From a virus (lineage: Duplodnaviria > Caudoviricetes), in IMG/VR virus record IMGVR_UViG_3300020045_006119, positions 1 to 44,247 of that record: DNA of 44,247 bases. One strand, written 5' to 3'. The notes under the pieces were generated by a model. That model had not been told where the DNA came from. It worked only from the letters and a program-made list of their open reading frames with translations, and ran no database searches. Below, piece after piece: positions 1-7,625 of the stretch. Position 1 is the stretch's first letter; each line of letters begins with the position of its first letter. The position numbers and the translations under genes were made by a program.

Positions 1-130
1 TTCGGGCAAGGTTTTGTTGTGAGCATCTGCAACCAGTCAAATTGGGTAACCACCTGCAAAAACGTCAGCCAAACAGTGAGCGGCGTACCATTGCCGCCAC
101 TATCACAACGCGGCGCAAAGCCGTCATGTT
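1..130 (+). repeat. Terminal direct repeat, left copy (circular assembly overlap)
   Basis: 1-130 aligns ungapped to 44118-44247; mismatches at 13, 38, 39, 49, 50; 51-130 identical. Confidence 0.95.
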
Positions 131-252
131 GGGTATGTTCATGCTGTTATTGGCGTATGCAAGTATCAGGTGGTAAACGACAGTGTGACGTATGTCGCAC
201 TGTTAAAACATTAAACGATGAATCCGTAAAGATTCAACATACAAGGGGGTAA
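19..252 (+). CDS. Cys-rich hypothetical protein (putative zinc-binding), spanning the circular junction
   Basis: GTG start overlaps the stop of the 43819-44139 gene (GTGA) in the right repeat copy; several CxxC-like motifs. Confidence 0.55.
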   Translation: MSICNQSNWVTTCKNVSQTVSGVPLPPLSQRGAKPSCWVCSCCYWRMQVSGGKRQCDVCRTVKTLNDESVKIQHTRG

Positions 253-253
253 G

Positions 254-451
254 ATGGAAGAAATTGAAGTTATTTAAAAAACAGAAAGCAGAAGACAAAG
301 GCGCGGGCATACAACAGCAAACTGCACTGGGTGTTATTTTTCTCTTAGAGATGAAAAATGCCCCACTGAAAACAATGTTACGCAAAAAAGCTGTATTAAA
401 AGCTCGCTGACTAATGGCGATAAAGAGATTATTTTTGTTGAGGTTAAATAA
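254..451 (+). pseudogene. Small Cys-motif protein gene interrupted by in-frame TAA at 275-277
   Basis: SD AGGGGG, ATG 254; after TAA the frame continues CTGCYF...C...SC...IIFVEVK to TAA 449-451, overlapping the next ATG. Confidence 0.55.
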
Positions 452-606
452 TGGCAGAGCATAAAAACGAGCAGCGCAAACTAAACGACAGAGCCATTAA
501 AATAGGCGCAAAAATAACCGTTGCACCGCGCTATGATGTTACGCTAGGAGATGGCACTCATTATGCGGTTAATACCCGTGATGAGCTTTACAGTTTAATG
601 ACATAA
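451..606 (+). CDS. Hypothetical protein (51 aa)
   Basis: Read by hand: MAEHKNEQRK...YSLMT; SD GAGG; TAATG coupling. Confidence 0.6.
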   Translation: MAEHKNEQRKLNDRAIKIGAKITVAPRYDVTLGDGTHYAVNTRDELYSLMT

Positions 607-619
607 TTAGAGGCGCAAC

Positions 620-877
620 ATGGGGCAGGATAACGGAGCAACGAACATTGACGACGATACAGGAACACACTACCGATTCATGTACCAAGGCATCAAACTA
701 GACCCGTTCAGAATTGCAAAAATTTATGGCATAACGGATTTTGCACTACAGACCATCCTTAAAAAATGCCTGTGTGCTGGCGAACGTGGACACAAAGACA
801 AGCGGCGAGACCTTGAGGATATAATCACGGCGGCTAAACGGGCTATTGAAATGATTGATGAGGATTTGAAATGTTGA
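620..877 (+). CDS. Conserved phage protein, DUF3310-like
   Basis: THY...DPFRI...KKCLCAGERGHKD..DLEDII..AKRAIE pattern; SD GAGG. Confidence 0.6.
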   Translation: MGQDNGATNIDDDTGTHYRFMYQGIKLDPFRIAKIYGITDFALQTILKKCLCAGERGHKDKRRDLEDIITAAKRAIEMIDEDLKC

Positions 878-957
878 ATTTATGGGTATTTATGGGGATT
901 ATATGGCTTGCAGTTTTTATTGCGTTTATTAATGTTATTAACGGGAGTGATGAATAA
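871..957 (+). CDS. Small single-TM membrane peptide (28 aa)
   Basis: MLNLWVFMGIIWLAVFIAFINVINGSDE; SD GAGGA; TAATG coupling to the next gene. Confidence 0.5.
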   Translation: MLNLWVFMGIIWLAVFIAFINVINGSDE

Positions 958-1190
958 TGATATTTGAAGTAAACGACAGGGTTAAAAAAATAGGGGGCAG
1001 TTATGACCAACACGTTTACGGCACGATTAAAGCGCGGTGGTTAGCTGATGATGGCACTATGCGGTATTCGTTCAGGTTTGATTTTCCAGCGGGTATGATT
1101 CATGTTTTCGGTGGTTCGAATTTGGAGCTGATGACTAATAGTGATGAACGCAAAGCGGCTAAGATTAAATTATTTTTAGTCGAATTATAA
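957..1190 (+). CDS. Hypothetical protein, probable SH3-like fold
   Basis: F.V.DRVKK.GG.Y...G.I pattern; SD GGAG; coupled at both ends. Confidence 0.65.
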   Translation: MIFEVNDRVKKIGGSYDQHVYGTIKARWLADDGTMRYSFRFDFPAGMIHVFGGSNLELMTNSDERKAAKIKLFLVEL

Positions 1191-1450
1191 TGACAACCCA
1201 CTGCACAAACACAAAATGTACACAACGCGCCCAATGCAATAAGGGCGCGGATTATCGTGATGGTGACGTGGTTAAGCACTACACGCGCAGACAATTTGAG
1301 CCTTGCAAGCACTTTAAATGCGTGGCTCATAATTTTGTTTATGTCATCGGCAGTGCGGATAGAGAGTGCCAAGAATGTGGACATGGTGAAAGCCATTACC
1401 GTTTTGTGTCGTGTGAGTGGGCGGGATATGGTGATATGCGTAACGCTTGA
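1190..1450 (+). CDS. Cys-rich hypothetical protein
   Basis: TAATG coupling; HC...C..R..C and CxxC motifs. Confidence 0.6.
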   Translation: MTTHCTNTKCTQRAQCNKGADYRDGDVVKHYTRRQFEPCKHFKCVAHNFVYVIGSADRECQECGHGESHYRFVSCEWAGYGDMRNA

Positions 1451-1474
1451 CAGATAGAAATTACCCGCTATAAT
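1447..1474 (+). promoter_or_regulatory. Sigma70-type promoter
   Basis: TTGACA (1447-1452), 16 bp, TATAAT (1469-1474). Confidence 0.75.
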
Positions 1475-1479
1475 GAACA

Positions 1480-1562
1480 CATCAATGGTGATTCTTTGAT
1501 GCTTTCTCCTTGTTAGACCCCATTCAAGCCGCTATTGTGTTATGCAATTAGCGGCTTTTTTT
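1480..1562 (+). ncRNA. Putative ~80-nt small regulatory RNA with anti-SD segments
   Basis: Lies between a consensus promoter and an intrinsic terminator; no SD-led ORF; 5' hairpin CATCAA/TTGATG, then CTTTCTCCTTG. Confidence 0.55.
1526..1562 (+). terminator. Intrinsic terminator
   Basis: AAGCCGCTA...TAGCGGCTT stem followed by a T7 run. Confidence 0.85.
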
Positions 1563-1630
1563 GATTAAAATTTTTTATGTGTTATTATTTAATTTCATCA
1601 GTTTATTAATTAATTAAACAGGAAAATATA

Positions 1631-1903
1631 ATGAAAAAACTTTATTTTTATGGACTATCTTTGATTGTTCATATTTTATCGGCAATCGGTTTGTTCATCG
1701 TTGAAAAATTGACAGGGGCGCGTGATTTTATCATTGATTGCGTTGCTCAGGCGTTTACAATCCAGAAAACAAAATCAGTTGTCGTGCTGTCTGTCAGTCA
1801 GGCAGCAATGCGAAGGTATTATAAAAGATTTGCAAAATTTACGAGTATAATGCTGTATAAAGACGGCTTTACTCATAAATTAGCCGTTAATGCTTCCGCC
1901 TAG
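1631..1903 (+). CDS. Hypothetical protein with hydrophobic N-terminus (stand-alone, moron-like)
   Basis: SD AGGA; upstream TGTTATTAT extended -10-like site; own downstream terminator. Confidence 0.65.
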   Translation: MKKLYFYGLSLIVHILSAIGLFIVEKLTGARDFIIDCVAQAFTIQKTKSVVVLSVSQAAMRRYYKRFAKFTSIMLYKDGFTHKLAVNASA

Positions 1904-1931
1904 GCTTTACACCAAGTCACACAAGAGAGTC

Positions 1932-1961
1932 AAAAGCCGTTAGCAATGACGGCTTTTTTTT
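1932..1961 (+). terminator. Intrinsic terminator
   Basis: AAAAGCCGTTA-GCAA-TGACGGCTTTTTTTT. Confidence 0.85.
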
Positions 1962-2012
1962 GCGCTATTGTTTAAGGTGTGCTAAAGTCTGTTTTATTTT
2001 GGGTTTTAAACC

Positions 2013-2279
2013 ATGACGTTTACAATTGAGCAGCTTATCGGGATAGTAGGAGGCGGATTTGTTGCGCTAATAGGCTTTGTCTTTCAGGGATTTAGCAAGC
2101 GGCTTGAAGACGTTGAAAAAAAACAGACTAATCACGAGCTGCACGTTGTGGCAACGTATGTGCAAGAAACCGAGTTCAGACAGGCGTTAGAACCACTTTT
2201 TAAGAAGTTGGACAAGATGGAAACCAAAATAGATGCCGCAAATTTTAAACTGGCAGAAAAGCAGGATAGACCCCGATGA
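2013..2279 (+). CDS. Holin/antiholin-like membrane protein (N-terminal TM plus coiled coil)
   Basis: TM LIGIVGGGFVALIGFVF; directly upstream of the endolysin with ATGA overlap. Confidence 0.6.
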   Translation: MTFTIEQLIGIVGGGFVALIGFVFQGFSKRLEDVEKKQTNHELHVVATYVQETEFRQALEPLFKKLDKMETKIDAANFKLAEKQDRPR

Positions 2280-2917
2280 GTACAAACCCACTAGCCGACA
2301 AACTTAAAGGTCACATACCCGACTTTGTACACGCCCAACTAACTCAAGTGTCATTCGACGGCATGACACCTTTGCGACTCGCTCATTTCTTAGCGCAGTG
2401 TGATCATGAGAGCCAAGGCTTTACGCGCACCGAGGAAAATCTTAAGTACACTAAATTAGAGCGCATTGTGCAGATATTTAGACACGATGTGGACACAAAC
2501 CGCGACCGCATCATTAGCCAACAGGAATTGGATCACGCTAAACGGTATGTTGGCAATCCTGAAAAACTGGCTAATTTTGTTTATGCCAATCAGAACGGCA
2601 ACGGCAACGAAGCAAGCGGCGATGGCTGGAAGTTTAAAGGACGTGGCTTTATCCAGTTGACAGGGCGCGATAATTACAACCGCGCAGGTCTATGTCTGGG
2701 TGTGGACTTTATCAAAAATCCTGAGTTTGTCTCGCAGGGTTACGCTTTGACCGTTGCGCTATGGTTTTTTAAGTCAAACAAGATTTGGGATAAGTGCGAT
2801 ATTGGCGCGACTGAGCAGGCAGTAAAAGAAGTAACGCGGCGTGTTAATGGTGGTACAATTGGGCTGGATGAACGTATTAAACTTTTTAACAAATACTGGG
2901 CAATTATCAGTAAGTAA
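2276..2917 (+). CDS. Endolysin, glycoside hydrolase family 19
   Basis: HFLAQCDHES, EENL.Y, GDGWKFKGRGFIQLTGRDNY and VTRRVNGG.IGL..R motifs. Confidence 0.92.
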   Translation: MSTNPLADKLKGHIPDFVHAQLTQVSFDGMTPLRLAHFLAQCDHESQGFTRTEENLKYTKLERIVQIFRHDVDTNRDRIISQQELDHAKRYVGNPEKLANFVYANQNGNGNEASGDGWKFKGRGFIQLTGRDNYNRAGLCLGVDFIKNPEFVSQGYALTVALWFFKSNKIWDKCDIGATEQAVKEVTRRVNGGTIGLDERIKLFNKYWAIISK

Positions 2918-2924
2918 AATTTTC

Positions 2925-3000
2925 GCTACAATAGCACAATTGATAGTGCAGCCCACTTGTAATGGGCAGGTTGTTGGTTTGACTCCAACTTGTAGCACCA
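2925..3000 (+). tRNA. trnT: tRNA-Thr(UGU), 76 nt, encoded CCA
   Basis: Acceptor GCTACAA/TTGTAGC; D stem GCAC/GTGC; anticodon stem GCCCA/TGGGC with loop CTTGTAA; T stem GTTGG/CCAAC; A73 plus CCA. Confidence 0.92.
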
Positions 3001-3177
3001 CGAGCAAGAGTGTGATTATCGTAGAGAAGGCAGGTAACAGATAAAAATGTTAATCATGCGCTGCACTGACAGATAACTGGTAATGACAGCGGGAAAGACT
3101 GCAATAATTAACGCGCCTTTATCTCAATCGAATCGCACTGGATGAAGGTCTGCAAACTTTAAAATAGGATTAGTGAA

Positions 3178-3339
3178 ATGAATTGGTTTAAGCAGCAAGG
3201 TCAGGATCCGTCAACTTGGCGCGGGCTAACATGGTTAGCGTCAGCCTTAGGAATTGTTATTAGCCCAGAAGCGGCAAACGGTATTATCGCTACAGGCATG
3301 GCGGTATCTGGTTTAATCGGTGCTTTGTCGCGTGGATAA
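3178..3339 (+). CDS. Small two-TM holin-like protein (53 aa)
   Basis: MNWFKQQGQDPSTWRGLTWLASALGIVISPE...LIGALSRG; PSTWRG motif seen in small phage membrane proteins; near the endolysin. Confidence 0.65.
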   Translation: MNWFKQQGQDPSTWRGLTWLASALGIVISPEAANGIIATGMAVSGLIGALSRG

Positions 3340-3418
3340 AGAAGACTGGTTTTTAATCGGTGTGATGGTGGCATCAATTGCTACAGTGTGCCTTATGCGC
3401 TATTGGAGTTTGTTTTGA
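3332..3418 (+). CDS. Small TM peptide (28 aa)
   Basis: GTG start overlapping the previous gene; MDKEDWFLIGVMVASIATVCLMRYWSLF; TGATG coupling. Confidence 0.4.
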   Translation: MDKEDWFLIGVMVASIATVCLMRYWSLF

Positions 3419-3561
3419 TGCCCCCTATAAATCTTTTGTGTCTACCAAGCCAAGACTGGTTCGACAAATTACAGGCAAGACCGCATAGCCGTGAAACGCA
3501 AAATAGAGTTAGACCAGTGACCTTAGTTAAACAACCACGCGACCTAATGAAAGGGAGATAA
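3418..3561 (+). CDS. Hypothetical protein (47 aa)
   Basis: MPPINLLCLPSQDWF...LMKGR fills the gap exactly up to terS. Confidence 0.4.
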   Translation: MPPINLLCLPSQDWFDKLQARPHSRETQNRVRPVTLVKQPRDLMKGR

Positions 3562-3563
3562 TT

Positions 3564-3974
3564 TTGCTCACCGTTAAGCAAGAATCATTTTGTCAAAATA
3601 TCCTGTCTGGATGTACTCAAACAGAAGCGTATAGACGCGCGTATGACTGCGATAATATGGCTGATGCAACGGTTAGCAATAGCGCGTATAAGCTAATAAA
3701 TAACGGCGAAGTAGCGGCGAGAATCCAGCAACTGCGCGAGCAACTAGCAGAACTCCTGTTGTTTCCACGCATTGAACGATTAGAGATACTTAAAGGCATT
3801 GCCCAAGGCGGTGAGCGAGATGGCGATAGAATAAACGCTATTAAGGTATTTAGTGATTTTGTAGGCGACGGCGCACCGATAAAAATGCAGGTCGAACACA
3901 GCGGAACAATAGCAAGCAAACCAGCGGCAGAACTTACGGACGAAGAACTTGACCGAGTTATTAGCGGCGGCTAA
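3564..3974 (+). CDS. terS: Terminase small subunit
   Basis: LT.KQE.FC.....G..QTEAYRRAY HTH; C-terminal ELTDEEL; overlaps terL. Confidence 0.88.
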   Translation: MLTVKQESFCQNILSGCTQTEAYRRAYDCDNMADATVSNSAYKLINNGEVAARIQQLREQLAELLLFPRIERLEILKGIAQGGERDGDRINAIKVFSDFVGDGAPIKMQVEHSGTIASKPAAELTDEELDRVISGG

Positions 3975-5331
3975 GTATGAAAAATCGCTAAGACTAGCCC
4001 GCGCTGATTTTTGGCGGTTTCGCTTGCTCATGCACAAGCGGCTTAAGGTCGGATGGTGGCAACGAGAAGTTAGCGAGAAATTACAGCAATTCCACGCGGA
4101 TTATAAAGCAGGGTTACGCCCTCAATTAATCATTACCGCGCCGCCACAGCACGGCAAGAGTACCATTATCAATGACTTTCTTTTGTGGTCTATTGGCAAA
4201 GATAGCGAACTATCAGACAGTGAGCTTAAAATCATCTATGCGTCATTCAGTGACGCTTTAGGCGTTCGCGCAAACAGGCGTATTCAACGCTACATTGCAA
4301 CAAAACGCTATCAAGACATATTCCCAAAATTTGCACCCACTCATAAAACACTGGATTTAATCCTGTATGGCGAAGATGGGTATTTTAGAAATACAACCAT
4401 CGGCGGCGCGATCACAGGCGAGTCAATGACATGGGGCGTTATTGATGACTACACTAAAGGCCGCGCGGAATCAAACAGCGCAACGATACGCGACAAGGTT
4501 TGGGAGTGGTTCACCTCCGACTTTAGTACGCGGTTTAGTGACGACGGGGCATTTCTGTGTATTTGCACCCGTTGGCACGTTGATGACTTAATCGGGCGTT
4601 TGGTTGAAATGAAACCAAGCACCAAAGTTTTAAAATACCATGCGTTAGCAGAACATGACGAACCAAACAGAAAGCAAGGTGAACCACTTTTCCCAGAACA
4701 TAAGAGCGTTGAGTTTCTAAACGATATTAAGTCTGTCATGAGCGCAGCGGCTTGGAATAGTCTTTACCAGCAAAACCCAACGATAGCCGAGGGTAACTTT
4801 TTCAAACCTGATTTTATTAATACTGTTGACGCATTGCCATCTGGGCTACAAGTAGTCAGAGCGTGGGATTTTGCAGGGACAGCAAACGGCGGGGATTACA
4901 CTGTAGGGCTTAAATTTGGCTACGATAAACACAACCGTGAGGGCTACATCATTGATATTGTGCGCGGTCAATATGCACCCGAAGACGTGGAACGCGTGTT
5001 ATTAGCAACCGCACAGGCAGACGGTAGAGCGGTTAAAATTTTATTGCCACAAGACCCAGCGCAAGCAGGAAAATATCAAGCTAAGAATTTTATCAAGCTG
5101 TTAAGTGGGTACAGTGTAACGGCTGAACGGGTAACGGGTGACAAAGAAACGAGAGCAAGCTCAGTAGCAGCACAGGCAAATATCGGGAACATTAAGGCAT
5201 CGCGCGGCGCGTGGAATCGTCTGTTTATTGAAGAGCTTAGGCTATTCCCCAACGGCGTAAATGATGACCAAGTGGACGCATTAAGCGATTCATTCAACAA
5301 TTTTGTAAATAAAAAATCAGGAAGTTTCTAA
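3949..5331 (+). CDS. terL: Terminase large subunit
   Basis: Walker A APPQHGKS, Walker B VIDD, TRWHVDDL, RAWD nuclease motif, DDQVDA. Confidence 0.95.
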   Translation: MTELLAAAKYEKSLRLARADFWRFRLLMHKRLKVGWWQREVSEKLQQFHADYKAGLRPQLIITAPPQHGKSTIINDFLLWSIGKDSELSDSELKIIYASFSDALGVRANRRIQRYIATKRYQDIFPKFAPTHKTLDLILYGEDGYFRNTTIGGAITGESMTWGVIDDYTKGRAESNSATIRDKVWEWFTSDFSTRFSDDGAFLCICTRWHVDDLIGRLVEMKPSTKVLKYHALAEHDEPNRKQGEPLFPEHKSVEFLNDIKSVMSAAAWNSLYQQNPTIAEGNFFKPDFINTVDALPSGLQVVRAWDFAGTANGGDYTVGLKFGYDKHNREGYIIDIVRGQYAPEDVERVLLATAQADGRAVKILLPQDPAQAGKYQAKNFIKLLSGYSVTAERVTGDKETRASSVAAQANIGNIKASRGAWNRLFIEELRLFPNGVNDDQVDALSDSFNNFVNKKSGSF

Positions 5332-5332
5332 A

Positions 5333-6802
5333 ATGAATTGGTTTAAAAAGAAAGTCGCACCAGAACCAAAAGAACCCACGCCACAAACGACCATAGCTGA
5401 ACCAGACCGAGCGGACGTGATAGCGGATTGCTTGGATAAAGTTTACCAAGGCAACACCAAGGGCATGACAGGCACACAGGACAGCATAGGCTTTAATCAG
5501 TTTGGGCAGGTGTCCGATGTTGTATCTACCAATGTTTTAACGTGGTTTGCTAATCAGTCGTTTATCGGCTGGGGGGCAATTACTACGCTATCGCAAAACT
5601 GGCTAATCGGTCGCGCGTGTAGTGTGCCAGTTGAGGACGCCATTAAAAACGGCTGGGATATTGTAGGCAATGACGGAAACGAAATACCGCCCGATGTGAT
5701 AGCCAGACTTAAACGCATTGACGAAAAACACGACATCGTTAAAAAAGCGATTAGTTACGGTTCATTTGCCCGTGTGTTTGGTTATCGCGTGGCTATTTTT
5801 CAGTGCGAGAACTGGACACAGGAAGACTACGCAGCACCATTTAACCCTGATGGCGTAACACCTGAAAACCGATACACGGGGATTATCACTCCAGACCCTT
5901 ACTATGCAACCCCGATAGTTGAAGACTTTAAACCAGACGATCAGACATTCTTTGAACCAGAATACTGGGTAGTCAACGGGATTAAATACCATCGTACGCA
6001 TTGCATAATTTACCGACACCGCGAACTACCGCAGGTGTTACGACCTGTTTATATGTACGGCGGGGTGTCGCTAACACAAGAAATTTACGAGGCGATTTAT
6101 GCGTATGGCTTAGGCATGGATGAACTTAATAAGCTGTTGATGACTAAGCGGTTGATAGTCATGCACGGCGATGTGGAGTCGGCAATTACCGACCAATACG
6201 CATTTGAGCAGAAAATGAACTTTTTTAGACGCGCCCGCGACAATCACGGTGTGCAGATTTTGGGCAATGATGACACGATGGAACAACTCGACACGTCATT
6301 AACCGAGGTTCCCGACGTAATTGATAAATTTATCGAGCGAATCAGCGCGATAGCAAAGACCCCGCCTAATCGCTTAATGGGGACTCAGCTCAAAGGGTTT
6401 GGTAGTAGTGGCGAAGCGGAGGATAAAATCTATCATGACAATATATCAGGATTGCAAACGCATTGCCTAAAGCCATTAATTACCCGCCATACGCTTTTGA
6501 CTATGCGGTCAATCGGTTTAGATATTGGTTTTGAGGTGGCTTTTAATCCAGCCGGTACGCCAACAGAGGCAGAAATTGCAGACATTAACAGCAAGAATGC
6601 GGCAACTGGACAGGTGTTAGTTACATCGGGTGCAATCACAGCCGATGAAGAACGCGCCCGACTGATAACCGACAAGAACAGTGGTTATAATGGCTTGGAT
6701 GCTGAAATAGAACAGCCTGAAAACTTTGACGATGATAACGAGCCAGAAGACAATGCCGAAGAAATTACCCCTGACGAAAACGCGCCAGAAGTGGCTGAGT
6801 GA
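5333..6802 (+). CDS. Portal protein (DUF1073-type)
   Basis: Follows terL; ARVFG, HRTH, YGGVSL and P..RLMG....GF.S.GE motifs; acidic C-terminal tail. Confidence 0.88.
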   Translation: MNWFKKKVAPEPKEPTPQTTIAEPDRADVIADCLDKVYQGNTKGMTGTQDSIGFNQFGQVSDVVSTNVLTWFANQSFIGWGAITTLSQNWLIGRACSVPVEDAIKNGWDIVGNDGNEIPPDVIARLKRIDEKHDIVKKAISYGSFARVFGYRVAIFQCENWTQEDYAAPFNPDGVTPENRYTGIITPDPYYATPIVEDFKPDDQTFFEPEYWVVNGIKYHRTHCIIYRHRELPQVLRPVYMYGGVSLTQEIYEAIYAYGLGMDELNKLLMTKRLIVMHGDVESAITDQYAFEQKMNFFRRARDNHGVQILGNDDTMEQLDTSLTEVPDVIDKFIERISAIAKTPPNRLMGTQLKGFGSSGEAEDKIYHDNISGLQTHCLKPLITRHTLLTMRSIGLDIGFEVAFNPAGTPTEAEIADINSKNAATGQVLVTSGAITADEERARLITDKNSGYNGLDAEIEQPENFDDDNEPEDNAEEITPDENAPEVAE

Positions 6803-7625
6803 ACGCAAAGACCCGCCTATGGTGCAGGGTAAAACCTTGCTTTATCCTGACGCGGTGGCGGCTAAGTTTTCCAAGCGTTTAGGCGCGTTAGTTGATGCAA
6901 TGACCCGCGAAACTGAGCGGGAAGTATTGGCACTGTTTACCAGTGAAACCGCTGAAAACGGTTACTTGCCAACACAAGACGCAAGCATTACCGCACAGGC
7001 GCGTATCTTGATTAATCGGCTACGGCGTAAGTATGTACGGATATTTAACCGCGACATTGAAAGCCTGATTACTCAAATGCTGAATAATACCAACCGAGCG
7101 AGTAAATCCAGCACAGCGCAAAGCCTTAAAGAGTTAAGCGGGGGATTGATGCTAAAAACTGACTTTCTCAGCGGTGAAATGAAAGAACAATTTCAGAGTT
7201 TGACGCAGGATAATGTGAGCCTGTTTAAGACCATACCCAGCACGTCATTCGATAAAGTAGAGGGCGCGGTGTATGACTCAATTACCAGTGGACAGGGGAT
7301 AAAAGACCTTAAGCCGTTTTTTGAGCAGTTTAGCAATGGCACAAAGAACTACGCCAAGCTACGCGCGTATGACCAGACCCGAAAAGCCTTTACCACGTTG
7401 AATATGGCGCGTTTACAGAAGAACGGAATCAAGCGTGTACAGTGGATTCATTCACATGGTAGCAATGATCCGCGCAAACTTCACCAAGAGTTAGACGGGC
7501 AGATATTTGATATTGATAAGCCCCCTGTAGTCGCTGTAATGTATGGCGTTGAGGTACGAGGGTTCGGGGGTGTTGCGATTAATTGCCGATGCACTGTAAA
7601 GCCTGTTTTTGATTTTACACAATGA
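6753..7625 (+). CDS. Head morphogenesis / minor capsid protein (SPP1 gp7 / Mu F-like)
   Basis: A.DQT.K, W.H.....PR..H..LDG.IF and INCRC motifs; follows portal. Confidence 0.88.
   Translation: MPKKLPLTKTRQKWLSERKDPPMVQGKTLLYPDAVAAKFSKRLGALVDAMTRETEREVLALFTSETAENGYLPTQDASITAQARILINRLRRKYVRIFNRDIESLITQMLNNTNRASKSSTAQSLKELSGGLMLKTDFLSGEMKEQFQSLTQDNVSLFKTIPSTSFDKVEGAVYDSITSGQGIKDLKPFFEQFSNGTKNYAKLRAYDQTRKAFTTLNMARLQKNGIKRVQWIHSHGSNDPRKLHQELDGQIFDIDKPPVVAVMYGVEVRGFGGVAINCRCTVKPVFDFTQ

Noticed and set aside
1-130. Diversity-generating retroelement TR/VR pair
   Set aside because: Mismatches are not confined to adenines, no reverse transcriptase is present and the copies are the contig ends.
275-277. 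Stop-codon reassignment
   Set aside because: TAA, TAG and TGA all terminate conserved genes normally and there is no suppressor tRNA.
1100-1480. Minus-strand 126-aa ORF and other long antisense ORFs (e.g. 20341-20829, 26446-26913)
   Set aside because: They overlap well-supported coupled genes on the other strand and lack properly spaced SDs or recognisable motifs.
3001-3177. Hammerhead or tRNA-associated HDV-like (theta) ribozyme
   Set aside because: CTGACAGA does not fit the CUGANGA core and I could not build the nested double pseudoknot; kept only as a generic ncRNA candidate.
5333-6802. Anti-CBASS Acb1 label sometimes attached to DUF1073 proteins
   Set aside because: Size, motifs and position after terL indicate the portal; no separate 2H phosphoesterase domain with paired HxT motifs is evident.
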